From: Candidatus Rifleibacterium amylolyticum
GTDB lineage: Bacteria > Muiribacteriota > Ozemobacteria > Ozemobacterales > Ozemobacteraceae
Assembly: GCA_009917695.1 (NCBI GenBank)
Contig: JAACJG010000007.1
Location: 101,750-165,749 of the forward strand
Length of the DNA: 64,000 nt
Direction of reading: 5' to 3'
The notes beneath the pieces are model-generated. The model worked only from the letters and a program-made list of their open reading frames with translations. It was not told where the DNA came from and made no database searches. The translations under genes and the position numbers were made by a program. This document shows, piece by piece, positions 33,116 through 42,930 of this stretch (positions are counted from its first letter, which is position 1; every line of letters begins with the position of its first letter).

Positions 33116-35056
33116 ATGTACCCTTTTACCGATCTGACCATCAAGTTCAAGCGCCTGCGCATGATACTGCCACGGCGGGACTTTATCACGGCGGCATTGC
33201 TATGGTCGCTGCTGTCGGCGGCTTTTATCTATTCGACCAACCTGACAGCGCCGCTCGATAATGGCCTGAAAGATCTCAAAATCAGATTCAGCGCATCTTA
33301 TCTGCGTCCGCAGATTCCCTACGACATGCTGCTGGTCTCGATCGACAACGATACGTTAGTTAAGGCCCCGTACAAGTGGCCCTGGCCACAGTCATACTGG
33401 GCCCAGCTGCTGCGCCGCATAAACGAAGAAGGGCAGCCGAGGGCGATCATTTTTGACGTCTTTTTTCAGACGCCTGAGAACATGACTGAATCAGAAGCTA
33501 AAGCCGAGAAAGAGGCTGAGCTGCTTGTCTTTGCCGAAGCAATAAAAGAAAGCAAAAACATTGGTCTGGTAGCGCTCTACGAAGAGCTGGTAACCAAACT
33601 CGGGCCACAGCTCAAGACCGTACCGCCACATCCTCTGCTGCGCAAGAATGCTTCATTCTACGGCCTGGCCTGGCAACCCATAGATGAAGATGGCAGAGTT
33701 CGTTCGTTCATACTGAGCGATCACCGGGCCGACGAAAACCACATTGCCTGGGAAATTTTAGATTTTCTCGGACAACCACTTAACCATGCCGAAAGGGTTT
33801 CTGCCTATAAAAAGGCCGTCGCGCTGATCGATTTTTCTTCGACTGATGCTTTGATTGGTCAGCTCGGCATACAGGACCTGCTGGACGATGAGCGTAATTT
33901 TGAATTTCTCAAAGATCGCGTCGTGGTGATTGGCGCGACGGCTCCGGTTCTGCATGACTACCACCAGACGCCTTTCGGTCTTATTACCGGCCCGGAAATC
34001 ATCTGCAACGCGTTTGCAACACTGGCCAGCGGCCGCTTTCAGCTGCTTAACAACGGACTCTGGTAGCGTCTGTTTTATTATCTGATCGGTATTGTTATTG
34101 CGATTTTTATTTTTACCGATTTCATAAAGAACAATCAGCGCCAGATGTTCATTTTGTGGCTGTTGATGCCGGTTTTTCTGTTTATCTATTCGTTTCTGCC
34201 GCTGGAACACCCGCCAGTAGTATTGACCTGGGCCGGGTACAGCCTTACCGCATTTGTCATCTTTCTTTTTCTGCGTTTTCTTGAGATTTCAGAGGTCCGC
34301 GAGCAGTTGCTGGAAGGAGAATTCTGTGGAACCATTCAAAAGAATTTCTTTCCTGCAGAAAAGCTTGTCGATGAGCGCGGCATAACCTGTTACGGCACCT
34401 GTATTCCGTATAAAGATGCCGGCGGCGACTACTACGACTTTTTCAAACTCAAAGATGGCCGCGTTTTCTTTATTCTCGGAGACGTAACCGGGCACGGCCT
34501 TTCGGCCAGCATGATCACTACTGTTGCCAAAACCGTGGTGCTGCTCGAAGCTGAACGCGAAGACTTCGATCTTCAGCGGCTCTTACAGGAAATAAGCCTG
34601 ACAATTTATAACATGACGCGCAAACGCCGCATGATGTCGGCAGTGGCAGGCATCATCAACCCGACAACCAGCAGACTACAGCTGATTTCCGCCGGGCACC
34701 TTCCCCCGGTACTTAAAGATGGCGACGCTGCCAATGAAATTCCGCTGCCCAGCCTGCCACTCGGTTTATCAAAAAAGCCCCGCCCATTTACAACTACCGA
34801 AGTGGATATTCCAAAAAACTCAAAACTTTTTATCTATTCGGACGGTATAATAGAAGGTGTAAACTGGAAGAATCAGATGTTTGGCTACGATTCTTTCTAC
34901 AAGCTGGTGGCAGATCTGCCGGCGCAAAACAGCCTGGAAGAAGATGCCGCTTCGCTGATCGAGTGCCTGCGCTCACATTCGCAGGGGCGTACATTTGAAG
35001 ACGATGTTACGCTGGTAATAATCGACCTGAACAAAGAGGAAAAAAATGAAAAGTAA
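33116..35056 (+). pseudogene. CHASE2 sensor - 3 TM - PP2C/SpoIIE-type phosphatase, one reading frame interrupted by a single in-frame TAG (34064-34066)
   Basis: Track ORFs 33116..34066 and 34145..35056 are in the same frame. The 78 nt between them have no other stop and encode a TM helix (RLFYYLIGIVIAIFIFTDF). The N-part has a TM plus an extracytoplasmic CHASE2-like domain. The C-part has ILGDVTGHGLSASMITT. Confidence 0.65.
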
Positions 35057-35660
35057 AATCAATGTTTTTGCATCGTTCTGTCTGATGGTGGGAATTTGTC
35101 TGCTGGTTGGCTGTGGAGCCAAGTCAGAACCAATCGGCAAGCTGGCCGGGGTTGAGGGCAAGGTTGACGTCAAACCAGCCAGTGCTGAGGCTTTTGCTGC
35201 GGCAGCTGTACAACAGCAGGTTTTTACCGGAGATTCAATCAGAACCTCAGATGATGCCAAAGCTGAGATACAGCTGACCGACAACAGCCGCATCGTGTTA
35301 AGCAGCAATACCTATCTTGAAGTTCGCAACTTCAGCGAAAAAGATCTGCGCCAGATGAATGGCATCGCCATTTACAAGATTTCACCACAGAACAAGGAAC
35401 TCAAAATTCACACGCCATCAGGCATGGCAACGGTTCTTGGCACGACTCTGCGCATCGACGTCAGTGACAAAGAGACAATCGTGTCGGTTGAAGAAGGCAA
35501 AGTAGGTTTCAGTAAAAAGCCGGGACACCAGGTCATCATCGAGGCCGGCAAGCAATATGCTTCAACCGCTGAAGAAGACACAGCCAACAATATTGATCCG
35601 CTCGAACTCGAAAAGCTTTTCGGTGACGGCAAGCTCGCCCCGATCATCAACCCCCGCTAA
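35046..35660 (+). CDS. FecR-domain lipoprotein
   Basis: Lipobox (LLVGC). The FecR-like segment reads VQQQVFTGDSIRTSDDAKAEIQLTDNSRIVLSSNTYLEV. It overlaps the upstream gene by 11 nt. Confidence 0.7.
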   Translation: MKSKINVFASFCLMVGICLLVGCGAKSEPIGKLAGVEGKVDVKPASAEAFAAAAVQQQVFTGDSIRTSDDAKAEIQLTDNSRIVLSSNTYLEVRNFSEKDLRQMNGIAIYKISPQNKELKIHTPSGMATVLGTTLRIDVSDKETIVSVEEGKVGFSKKPGHQVIIEAGKQYASTAEEDTANNIDPLELEKLFGDGKLAPIINPR

Positions 35661-35692
35661 CCGTCTAGTTCTTTGTCGCGCAAGAATTCACT

Positions 35693-35768
35693 GTCATTGC
35701 GAGCGAAGCGAAGCAATCTCTTTGTCCATGGGATTGCCACGTCGGGCTGACGCCCTCCTCGCAATGAC
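35693..35768. repeat. Hairpin element family 1, copy 2
   Basis: Sequence gtcattgcgagcgaagcgaagcaatctc...ggattgccacgtcgggctgacgccctcctcgcaatgac. Confidence 0.8.
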
Positions 35769-35800
35769 AATGAATCCTATGACTCATATGTGACAGAGGA

Positions 35801-37549
35801 CTAGAGATTTTTTCTGGGGTAGATCTTTGCGGCGCACTCAGGGCAGATACCGTGCGAAAACTCCGAATCAGTATGTTCTTTGAGATACTGCTCAACCTGA
35901 TTCCATAGACCCTTGTCGTCGCGAATCTTTTTGCATGATGAGCATATTGGAATAATGCCGCGCAGCACCTTGATTTCGCCGAGCGCCTGCTGCAGATCGG
36001 CTATTATCTTCTGATTCTCGACTTCGAGGTTCTTGGATTCAGTAATATCAGTGATAAAGCCTTCCAGCCGGCGCGTTTTATCACCTGTTTTTGCGTTGCC
36101 CGACGGGCTACCCTGATCCCATACCCATTTTTGCTGGCCGGCGGCATCGATAATGCGATAGGTCAGATTATAAGGCTTGCCGGTTTCAATTGCATTCAAG
36201 AATGCCGGTCTTATTCGCGCCAGATCTTCGGGAACAATAAGACTGGCATAGTCAGTGCGAAAATTGTTGATAAGATCTTCGGGCTTGTAACCTGTCAGTT
36301 TTCGGCAGCCGCGACTGGCGTATCTCAGCGTCCATCTATTGCCGATTTCGTATTTATAGGCCATTCCAGGCATACTGCCAAGAAGCATTGATATTCGCTT
36401 TCGGCTCTTCTTAAGTCGGTGATTGGCTACACGATTTTTACGATAAAGCTCTTCAAGGTTGAAATGCGAGCGAATCATCCTGATCACGAACAGCAACAGC
36501 AGAAACGCAATTACGATCTCAGCCACCTGTACAACACGACGCCAGAAAAGGTCATTGTCACTTTCTGGTGAGTAGATAAAGCCTTCGAGACTGACGTCAG
36601 CAGGCAGCATTCCCAGCTCATTGTACTTTTCAGCAATATGTCGCCAGCGGCCGGGATTCATGTAGCCGATTTCAACAACATCCCGACCAATCAGCGCCTT
36701 GGACTTCTCGGCTTCGAACAAAAGATGCGCGCGGCTGTGGCGCTGCGAATAGCGGTTGAAAATAAGATCCACAATCTCTTGTGGATGATCCATGGCATAC
36801 TGCCAGCCTTTTTTGGTTGCTTTTACGAATGCCGCAACCCTTTCAGGATATTTTACGACCTGCTCCTCAGAAGTAAACAGCACATCGCCGTAGAAATCGA
36901 TACCGCTGGACTGCGGCGTGAATACACGGTATTCGAGGTTATGTTCGACAAAATTGAACGGCTCATCCGAAAGATATGCCGAAATAGCGTCCGCTTTGCC
37001 TGCGATCAGCTCATTTACACCGTATGTGTGCGGCAAAATTTCGAGATCTTCCATTTTCAGGCCTTCTGCTCGCAGATAAGCCAGCAGCTCGGCTGAGTGT
37101 TTTTCGAGCATGACCCGACGACCGGCAAGCTGATGAACATTGGTAATATCGCTTGTCGCAGGAACCAGGAATGCCAGAGGAGAATGCTGGTAAATAGCAG
37201 CCAGCACCACAACCGGCTCACCACGCGATCTGTGCAGCAGCAGTTCCGCACCGCCGATGCCAAAATGGGCACGCCCCGAAATGACTGTCTTTACCGACTC
37301 TTCTTCAGGGTTATCCTCAACTATTTCCAGCTCAAGACCGGCCTCGCGATAATAGCCCTTTTCGATGGCAGCGTAATAACCGGCAAACTGAAACTGGTGC
37401 AGCCACTTGAGCCTGAGAACGACCTTGTCGAGACTTGCGCCAGCCTTTGCAGAATCTGCCCACACAGCAGTCGCTGCCAGAAAAATCGCCAGCAGACAAA
37501 TAACAATCCGGAAATTACCCGGCAAAAAGTTGTACCCCGCGCGTATCAT
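35801..37549 (-). CDS. Sensor protein: periplasmic NMT1/SsuA-like solute-binding domain, TM, PAS, C-terminal Cys4 (zinc-ribbon-like) module
   Basis: The SBP motif is VLRLKWLHQFQFAGYYAAIEKGYY. A TM segment follows (VAEIVIAFLLLLFVI), then a PAS-like region. The C-terminus reads IPICSSCKKIRDDKGLWNQVEQYLKEHTDSEFSHGICPECAAKIY. Confidence 0.7.
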   Translation of the reverse strand: MIRAGYNFLPGNFRIVICLLAIFLAATAVWADSAKAGASLDKVVLRLKWLHQFQFAGYYAAIEKGYYREAGLELEIVEDNPEEESVKTVISGRAHFGIGGAELLLHRSRGEPVVVLAAIYQHSPLAFLVPATSDITNVHQLAGRRVMLEKHSAELLAYLRAEGLKMEDLEILPHTYGVNELIAGKADAISAYLSDEPFNFVEHNLEYRVFTPQSSGIDFYGDVLFTSEEQVVKYPERVAAFVKATKKGWQYAMDHPQEIVDLIFNRYSQRHSRAHLLFEAEKSKALIGRDVVEIGYMNPGRWRHIAEKYNELGMLPADVSLEGFIYSPESDNDLFWRRVVQVAEIVIAFLLLLFVIRMIRSHFNLEELYRKNRVANHRLKKSRKRISMLLGSMPGMAYKYEIGNRWTLRYASRGCRKLTGYKPEDLINNFRTDYASLIVPEDLARIRPAFLNAIETGKPYNLTYRIIDAAGQQKWVWDQGSPSGNAKTGDKTRRLEGFITDITESKNLEVENQKIIADLQQALGEIKVLRGIIPICSSCKKIRDDKGLWNQVEQYLKEHTDSEFSHGICPECAAKIYPRKNL

Positions 37550-37629
37550 TTATATCTAATCCTGTTGCTGTGACTGAAAGTTATCAATATCTGTAATGCT
37601 AGATTCTAATGCAAAAACCGTTTACGGTC

Positions 37630-37660
37630 AAAAAATAAAACCGCCGACTGTAAGCGGCGG
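37630..37660 (-). terminator. Rho-independent terminator (minus strand)
   Basis: The minus strand reads CCGCCG-cttacagt-CGGCGG followed by TTTTATTTTTT. Confidence 0.55.
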
Positions 37661-37711
37661 CCAAAGCTATATGGCAAGCACCATCGAGATGCCTGAATGA
37701 GTCCAACAGGG

Positions 37712-38209
37712 CTAGAAAGGCCAGAAATTGTTATCGGCCCAGATACGCTCGGTCACGATTCGGTCGATTTCGAGCAACTGATGCAGGTGGCTGCGCTCCC
37801 AACCGGCAAGCCAGGCGTAGAGCTTCTTTTCTTCTTCATCAGTAGCTGATTCAGCGCGTTCAGAGTAGACCTTGATCGCACGCTCTTCCATGTGTATTGC
37901 CGCTGAAATAGCTGCCGACTCATAGTCAGCACCGGTTATCTGTTCGATAATCTCACTATTAACTACTTCTGATGCAGTTTTTAGCGGATCTTCGCTGACA
38001 TCGGCGACAAAACTGCCAGCCTCTTTGAGTGACTTGTAATGTTTGAGCAACAGATCGATATGTTCCTGCTCTTCAGCGGCCATAGTGCTGAAGAACTCGC
38101 GCACGGCCGAGTGCTGTGTGTGTTCGGCAACTTTGCTGTAAAAGGTTTTGCCACGCTTCTCCAGAAGCAGGGCTTGTCTGATGATTTCGAGAGAACGCTG
38201 TGCGGCCAT
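37712..38209 (-). CDS. Rubrerythrin/ferritin-like di-iron domain protein
   Basis: 165-aa ORF with ExxH motifs (AEEQEHIDLL, ERSHLHQL) and helical-bundle spacing. Confidence 0.65.
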   Translation of the reverse strand: MAAQRSLEIIRQALLLEKRGKTFYSKVAEHTQHSAVREFFSTMAAEEQEHIDLLLKHYKSLKEAGSFVADVSEDPLKTASEVVNSEIIEQITGADYESAAISAAIHMEERAIKVYSERAESATDEEEKKLYAWLAGWERSHLHQLLEIDRIVTERIWADNNFWPF

Positions 38210-38278
38210 TTTTCCTCCTGGTTAATCTGTCTTCTGATAACAACAATACAAAATACCCGCCAAAAAGCAACCCGATTG

Positions 38279-38575
38279 TTACAGCATTTCCTTGAGGGCG
38301 AGGGTGAACAGCTTAACGCCTTCGCGGGGTTTGTGCGAACGGTATTCGCTCACCCAGCCTTTGACAATTGCGTATTTATCGTCGGGCAACGCGAGAATGT
38401 ACATCATGTTCATGCCCGGCCAGACCTCAGTATCGAGACCGGTGCCGCCGCCGGCACCTGAACCATAGACCGTCGGAATCTGCGAAAACGCCGAAATCTT
38501 ATGCTTGCGAAAAAGCTGTTCGAGTTCTTCCTGTAAAGTGGCGCTGCAGATCAGCATTACGAATTCCATGTTCAT
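38279..38575 (-). CDS. Small alpha/beta protein, P-II-like/DUF3240-like (tentative), coupled to the RND pump gene
   Basis: 98-aa ORF with an ATGA overlap with the RND gene stop. The pattern YGSGAGGGTGLDTEVWPG within a beta-alpha-beta arrangement is reminiscent of P-II-fold proteins found beside heavy-metal RND pumps. Confidence 0.4.
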   Translation of the reverse strand: MNMEFVMLICSATLQEELEQLFRKHKISAFSQIPTVYGSGAGGGTGLDTEVWPGMNMMYILALPDDKYAIVKGWVSEYRSHKPREGVKLFTLALKEML

Positions 38576-41500
38576 TCTTCACCCCGCAACTCTGCCGGCA
38601 CCAGCCAGCGCTGCAACAGACTATAGAGAACCGGCATCAATACCAGCGTCATGATCGTAGACACGAACAGTCCTCCGATGACACTGAATCCGATCGGCAC
38701 CCAGACCTCAGAGCCATCGCCGGTCGAAAGAGCCATTGGCAGCATGCCGATAGCCGTTGTCGATGATGTCGAAAGAACCGGTCGCAGGCGGCTTTTCCCG
38801 GCTTCGATCAAAGCGCGGTTAATCCTGATACCGCGCCGTATCAGCATGTTGATGTAACTGATCAACACAATACCGTTATTTACGACGATACCGATCAGAA
38901 TGATAAAGCCAAGCAATGAGACTACCGAGATGCGGTTGCCGGTTATGGCGAGTAACTGAATCGCGCCCATGAAGCCGAATGGAATGCTCAAGAATATGAT
39001 GAAAGGAGCCAGCAGCGATTCAAACTGCGAGGCCATGACCATATAAACAAGAATCATACCCAGTACGGCCGCCTGCATCAGCAAAAGAAATGAATCGATA
39101 CGCTCTTTTTCGTTACCGCTGAAAGCCCAGCTGAAGCCCGGCGGAACCGGCAGTTCTTCGAGAATTTTGCCGGCGCGCTTGATGACAGTGCCGGGGTCGG
39201 TACCGAACACCTGACCGGTAACCTTGATATAGCGTTGCTGTTCGCTGCGTTCGATGCGAATCGGGCCGAGTTCCTGTTCGAGGGTCGCGAGATTGCTCAA
39301 CCTCACTGACTGGCGGTTCGGCGCCAGAATATTGACCTGATCGAGATCAGAAATTTCGACACGATCTTCAGGGCGCAGACGCACTTCGATATCATATTCT
39401 TCGCCACCCTCACGAAACTTGGCTGTGCGATCGCCCCTGAAATAAAGCTCAACACCGCGCGCCACATCGCTTACATTGAGGCCAAGCGCCGAAGTTTTTT
39501 CGCGATTGACCTTGACCTGCATCTCAGGGCGCGCCAGCTTCTGACTGATTTCTAGGTCCTTGAGATTTTCGATCTGCGAGAGAGCCTTTACCATCTTGTT
39601 GGCATATTCAACACCCTGCGCCAGATCATGCCCGTAGATATCGACCGAAAAGTCGGCACTGCTGCCCACGATCATTTCGCCGATTGGGTCAGTTGTGGTG
39701 AACCTGATAATGGTGCCGGGAATCTTGTCGAGAATCGGGCGCAGCCGGCTGATAATCTCTTTGGCGCCGGCCTGGCGCTGATTTTTTGACAACAGCGTCA
39801 TTTCGATCTTGCCATAATTCGAAGCCTTCTTGGGGCTGAACATCATGTTTTCGACGTCTTCAGTGACGCCGGTGGTGATAATGTATGATTTGAGTTCGGG
39901 CGTGTTGGCGCGGATAACCTCGCCAATCTGCTGACATACGCGGGTGGTTTCCTCATAGCGGGTGCCAGTCGGCAGTTCGACTTCCATGAACAGGAAGCCC
40001 TGATCCTGCTGTGGCATGTATTCGACGCCAACCAGCGGAATCAGCGCCAGTGAAAAGACAAAAATCGCGACCAGCGTAGCGAGAACTTTTTTGCGGTTGC
40101 GCAGAGCCTTGCGCAGAAACAGGCCGTAAAGCCTTTCGACCCGGTCGAATGTGCCGCCGATACGTTCAAAGAAACCGTTTTTCGCCGCGGCGCCATGTTT
40201 TAAAAACTTTGAGCAAAGCATCGGCGTCAGCAGCAGCGAAGAAAAAAGCGAGGCAATCAGCGCCATGGTAACGATAGTGGCCAGCTGACCGAACATGATC
40301 TTGGTGATACCGCTGGTGAAGATGATTGGCAGAAAAATAGCTACCGTAGTCATTGTCGAGGCGACAACAGCCGTACCCATTTCAGCAGCGCCCCAGATCG
40401 CACTTTCGCGCGGGTTTACCTCGCGATCGAGATAGCGTTTGATATTGTCGAGAATGACGATGGCATTGTCGACAACCATGCCCAGTGCGATGGCAAGGCT
40501 CGACAGCGAAATCTGATTGATCGTATAACCGTTCAGGTACATGAGCAAAAAGGTTATGATCAGTGAAGTCGGCACTGTCGTCGAAACGATCAGACTGGCG
40601 CGCATATCTCTGATGAAAAACAAAATCACGAGAAAAACGCCGATACCGCCGAACATCAGGGCATTTCGCAGGTTGTTGACCGTACTCATGATAAAATTGG
40701 ACGAATCAAAAAATTCGATGATTTCGACATCAGAAGGCAGCTGCGCCTTGATTTCTGGCAGGGCGCCCCTGACCGCCTGCGAAACGGCAAAAGTATTGCC
40801 GCCTGACTGCTTCTGAACGATTACAGCAATGGCGGGCCGGCCATTCATCGACAATTCATCAGACTTTTCGGCAAAACCATCTTCGATTTCAGCTATATCC
40901 TTGAGTCTGATGATTCCCTGGCTGTTCGAGACGACCAGTTCACCAATTTCTTCAACGGTGGTGAATTCAGCCGGAGTTCTGATCAGAAAATCGACAACCC
41001 CTGACCTGATGTTGCCGCCGGGGTTGCTGAGGTTCTGAGCATGCAGCATCTGCACGACCTGCTGGCCGCTGACTCCGGTGGCTTTTAGACGTTCGCGGTC
41101 GAGTTTGACCCTTATGGTGCGGCGCAGGCCTCCCTGCGAAATAGCGGTGGCGACTCCGGGCAGACGTTTGAGCGCATCAGTGATCTTCTTATCGACGATA
41201 CGGTCGAGCTTTTCCCAGCTCTCATTGGCGGTTACGCAGAGAACCATGACCGGAATCGCGCTCATGTCGAACTTGAGGATCACCGGGTCATCGGCCCCGT
41301 CAGGCAGATATTTGCGAATCAGGTCGATGCGCTCGCGAATGTCGTTGGCTGCTTCCGAGAGGTCGGTATCCCAGTTGAACCTCACCGTTATCATCGAAAC
41401 GCCTTCCATCGACGAAGAAGTTACCTTATCGACGTTCTGCACGGTCGCGACGCGCTCTTCGATGACTTCGGTGATGCGCGTCTCGATTTCTTCAGGCCCG

Positions 41501-41661
41501 GCACCAGTATAGGATGTAATGACCGAGATTACCGGAATATTCATATCGGGCATCAGATCGATGCCGACGCGGGTATAGGCGAAGCCGCCGAGAATGACGC
41601 AGGCGATGAAGATCATGCTGGTCGTAACCGGCCATCTGACGCCAAATTCTGAGAGTTTCAT
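38572..41661 (-). CDS. RND-family efflux transporter, inner-membrane permease (AcrB/CzcA superfamily)
   Basis: 1,029-aa ORF with 12-TM/2-loop architecture. The N-terminus is WPVTTSMIFIACVILGGFAY. The conserved segment is ALGMVVDNAIVILDNI. Confidence 0.9.
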   Translation of the reverse strand: MKLSEFGVRWPVTTSMIFIACVILGGFAYTRVGIDLMPDMNIPVISVITSYTGAGPEEIETRITEVIEERVATVQNVDKVTSSSMEGVSMITVRFNWDTDLSEAANDIRERIDLIRKYLPDGADDPVILKFDMSAIPVMVLCVTANESWEKLDRIVDKKITDALKRLPGVATAISQGGLRRTIRVKLDRERLKATGVSGQQVVQMLHAQNLSNPGGNIRSGVVDFLIRTPAEFTTVEEIGELVVSNSQGIIRLKDIAEIEDGFAEKSDELSMNGRPAIAVIVQKQSGGNTFAVSQAVRGALPEIKAQLPSDVEIIEFFDSSNFIMSTVNNLRNALMFGGIGVFLVILFFIRDMRASLIVSTTVPTSLIITFLLMYLNGYTINQISLSSLAIALGMVVDNAIVILDNIKRYLDREVNPRESAIWGAAEMGTAVVASTMTTVAIFLPIIFTSGITKIMFGQLATIVTMALIASLFSSLLLTPMLCSKFLKHGAAAKNGFFERIGGTFDRVERLYGLFLRKALRNRKKVLATLVAIFVFSLALIPLVGVEYMPQQDQGFLFMEVELPTGTRYEETTRVCQQIGEVIRANTPELKSYIITTGVTEDVENMMFSPKKASNYGKIEMTLLSKNQRQAGAKEIISRLRPILDKIPGTIIRFTTTDPIGEMIVGSSADFSVDIYGHDLAQGVEYANKMVKALSQIENLKDLEISQKLARPEMQVKVNREKTSALGLNVSDVARGVELYFRGDRTAKFREGGEEYDIEVRLRPEDRVEISDLDQVNILAPNRQSVRLSNLATLEQELGPIRIERSEQQRYIKVTGQVFGTDPGTVIKRAGKILEELPVPPGFSWAFSGNEKERIDSFLLLMQAAVLGMILVYMVMASQFESLLAPFIIFLSIPFGFMGAIQLLAITGNRISVVSLLGFIILIGIVVNNGIVLISYINMLIRRGIRINRALIEAGKSRLRPVLSTSSTTAIGMLPMALSTGDGSEVWVPIGFSVIGGLFVSTIMTLVLMPVLYSLLQRWLVPAELRGEE

Positions 41662-42917
41662 CGTTCACTTTCACTTTCGACGATCTTTACCTGGCTGCCT
41701 TCGCGCACGAACTCGAGACCACGCGCAATGATCTGTTCGCCTGCCTTGAGACCCGAAAGGATCTCGACACGCGCTTCATCGACGATGCCGATCTCGACCT
41801 GACGCCGCACGGCCCGGTCATTCTCGATGACATAGACAAAATGCTGGCCATTGTGGCGAATCAGCGAATCGCGCGCCACGATGGGAACATCGACGCTGGT
41901 ATTGAGAAGAAAGCTGAGACGCGCAAACATGCCACTGCGAATGCGGTTTTCGGGGTTTTTGAGAATAATTTCGACGCGACCGGTTTTGCTTACTGCATCG
42001 ATTGAAGGATATACCAGATCGGCAACCGCCTCGTAGGCTTCGTTTATTGCATCGAGGTTGATTATTACCGGCGTTTTGCCTGACTTGATCAGGTCGATAT
42101 CCTTTTCTATCACCGATGCGATGATTCTGACCGGGTTGATCTGCTCAACCCTGAAAAGGGGGGTGGCCGGGTTGGCCATGGCACCGGTATCAGCATGCCG
42201 GGCGACGACGACACCATCGAAAGGTGCGCGAACCATGGTATTTTCGAGCGCAACCCGAATCGCATTGAGATTGGCTTCGGCCTGCACAAGCTCGGCCCGC
42301 CGCACGCCAATCGTCATTTTTGCCGACATCACAGCGTCATTGGCACGGCTGACGTCGGTGTTGGCGGCAACCAGACGGGCATTGGCAGAATCATACTGAG
42401 CCATCAGATCGTCGAACTGCTGCCGCGATACCGCGCCTTCTTTCAGCAACTTTTCGAGACGGGTACGGGTCTGCGCCAGATTTTTCTGCTGGGAACTGGC
42501 AGCTTCGACACCGGCTTTTGCCGCGAGCAGAGCTGACTGTGCACTCTCAAACATAACCTTCTGCAGCTCGATTGAAGCTTTAGCCACAGTCACCGCTGCT
42601 TCTGCCTGAGCGAACTGAGCCCGCTGCACGTCGTCGTTTATCTTGGCGAGTTCCTGATCTTTTTTCACCTGCGACCCGACATCGACGTAGATTTCGACGA
42701 TTCGACCGGCGGCCTCAGGATGAACTGAAACGCCAAGCAGGGGCAGAACATCGGCCGAAGTATCGATACGTCGATTGATGGTGCCAGTAGTTACCTTCGT
42801 GGCAAACACAGGTATGGCACGACTGGCTTCCTGTGCCGGCGCAAGCTGAGAGGTAAGAATAAAAACCGCAGCAAATACAAACAACTTTGCAGACACAGAA
42901 AACCGGCAGGTGGTCAT
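41658..42917 (-). CDS. RND efflux periplasmic adaptor (MFP/HlyD family)
   Basis: 419-aa ORF with a signal peptide, a coiled-coil hairpin and beta-barrel motifs (VRAPFDGVVVARHADTGAM). It has a 4-nt overlap with the RND gene. Confidence 0.85.
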   Translation of the reverse strand: MTTCRFSVSAKLFVFAAVFILTSQLAPAQEASRAIPVFATKVTTGTINRRIDTSADVLPLLGVSVHPEAAGRIVEIYVDVGSQVKKDQELAKINDDVQRAQFAQAEAAVTVAKASIELQKVMFESAQSALLAAKAGVEAASSQQKNLAQTRTRLEKLLKEGAVSRQQFDDLMAQYDSANARLVAANTDVSRANDAVMSAKMTIGVRRAELVQAEANLNAIRVALENTMVRAPFDGVVVARHADTGAMANPATPLFRVEQINPVRIIASVIEKDIDLIKSGKTPVIINLDAINEAYEAVADLVYPSIDAVSKTGRVEIILKNPENRIRSGMFARLSFLLNTSVDVPIVARDSLIRHNGQHFVYVIENDRAVRRQVEIGIVDEARVEILSGLKAGEQIIARGLEFVREGSQVKIVESESER

Positions 42918-42930
42918 AAATAGCTCCGTT

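Noticed and set aside
34064-34066. Genome-wide reassignment of TAG (for example to pyrrolysine or another sense reading)
   Set aside because: TAG terminates well-supported genes in the same window (the MscK-like gene at 318-320 and the HycE-like gene at 3617-3619) at positions consistent with family lengths. No pyl genes are present here.
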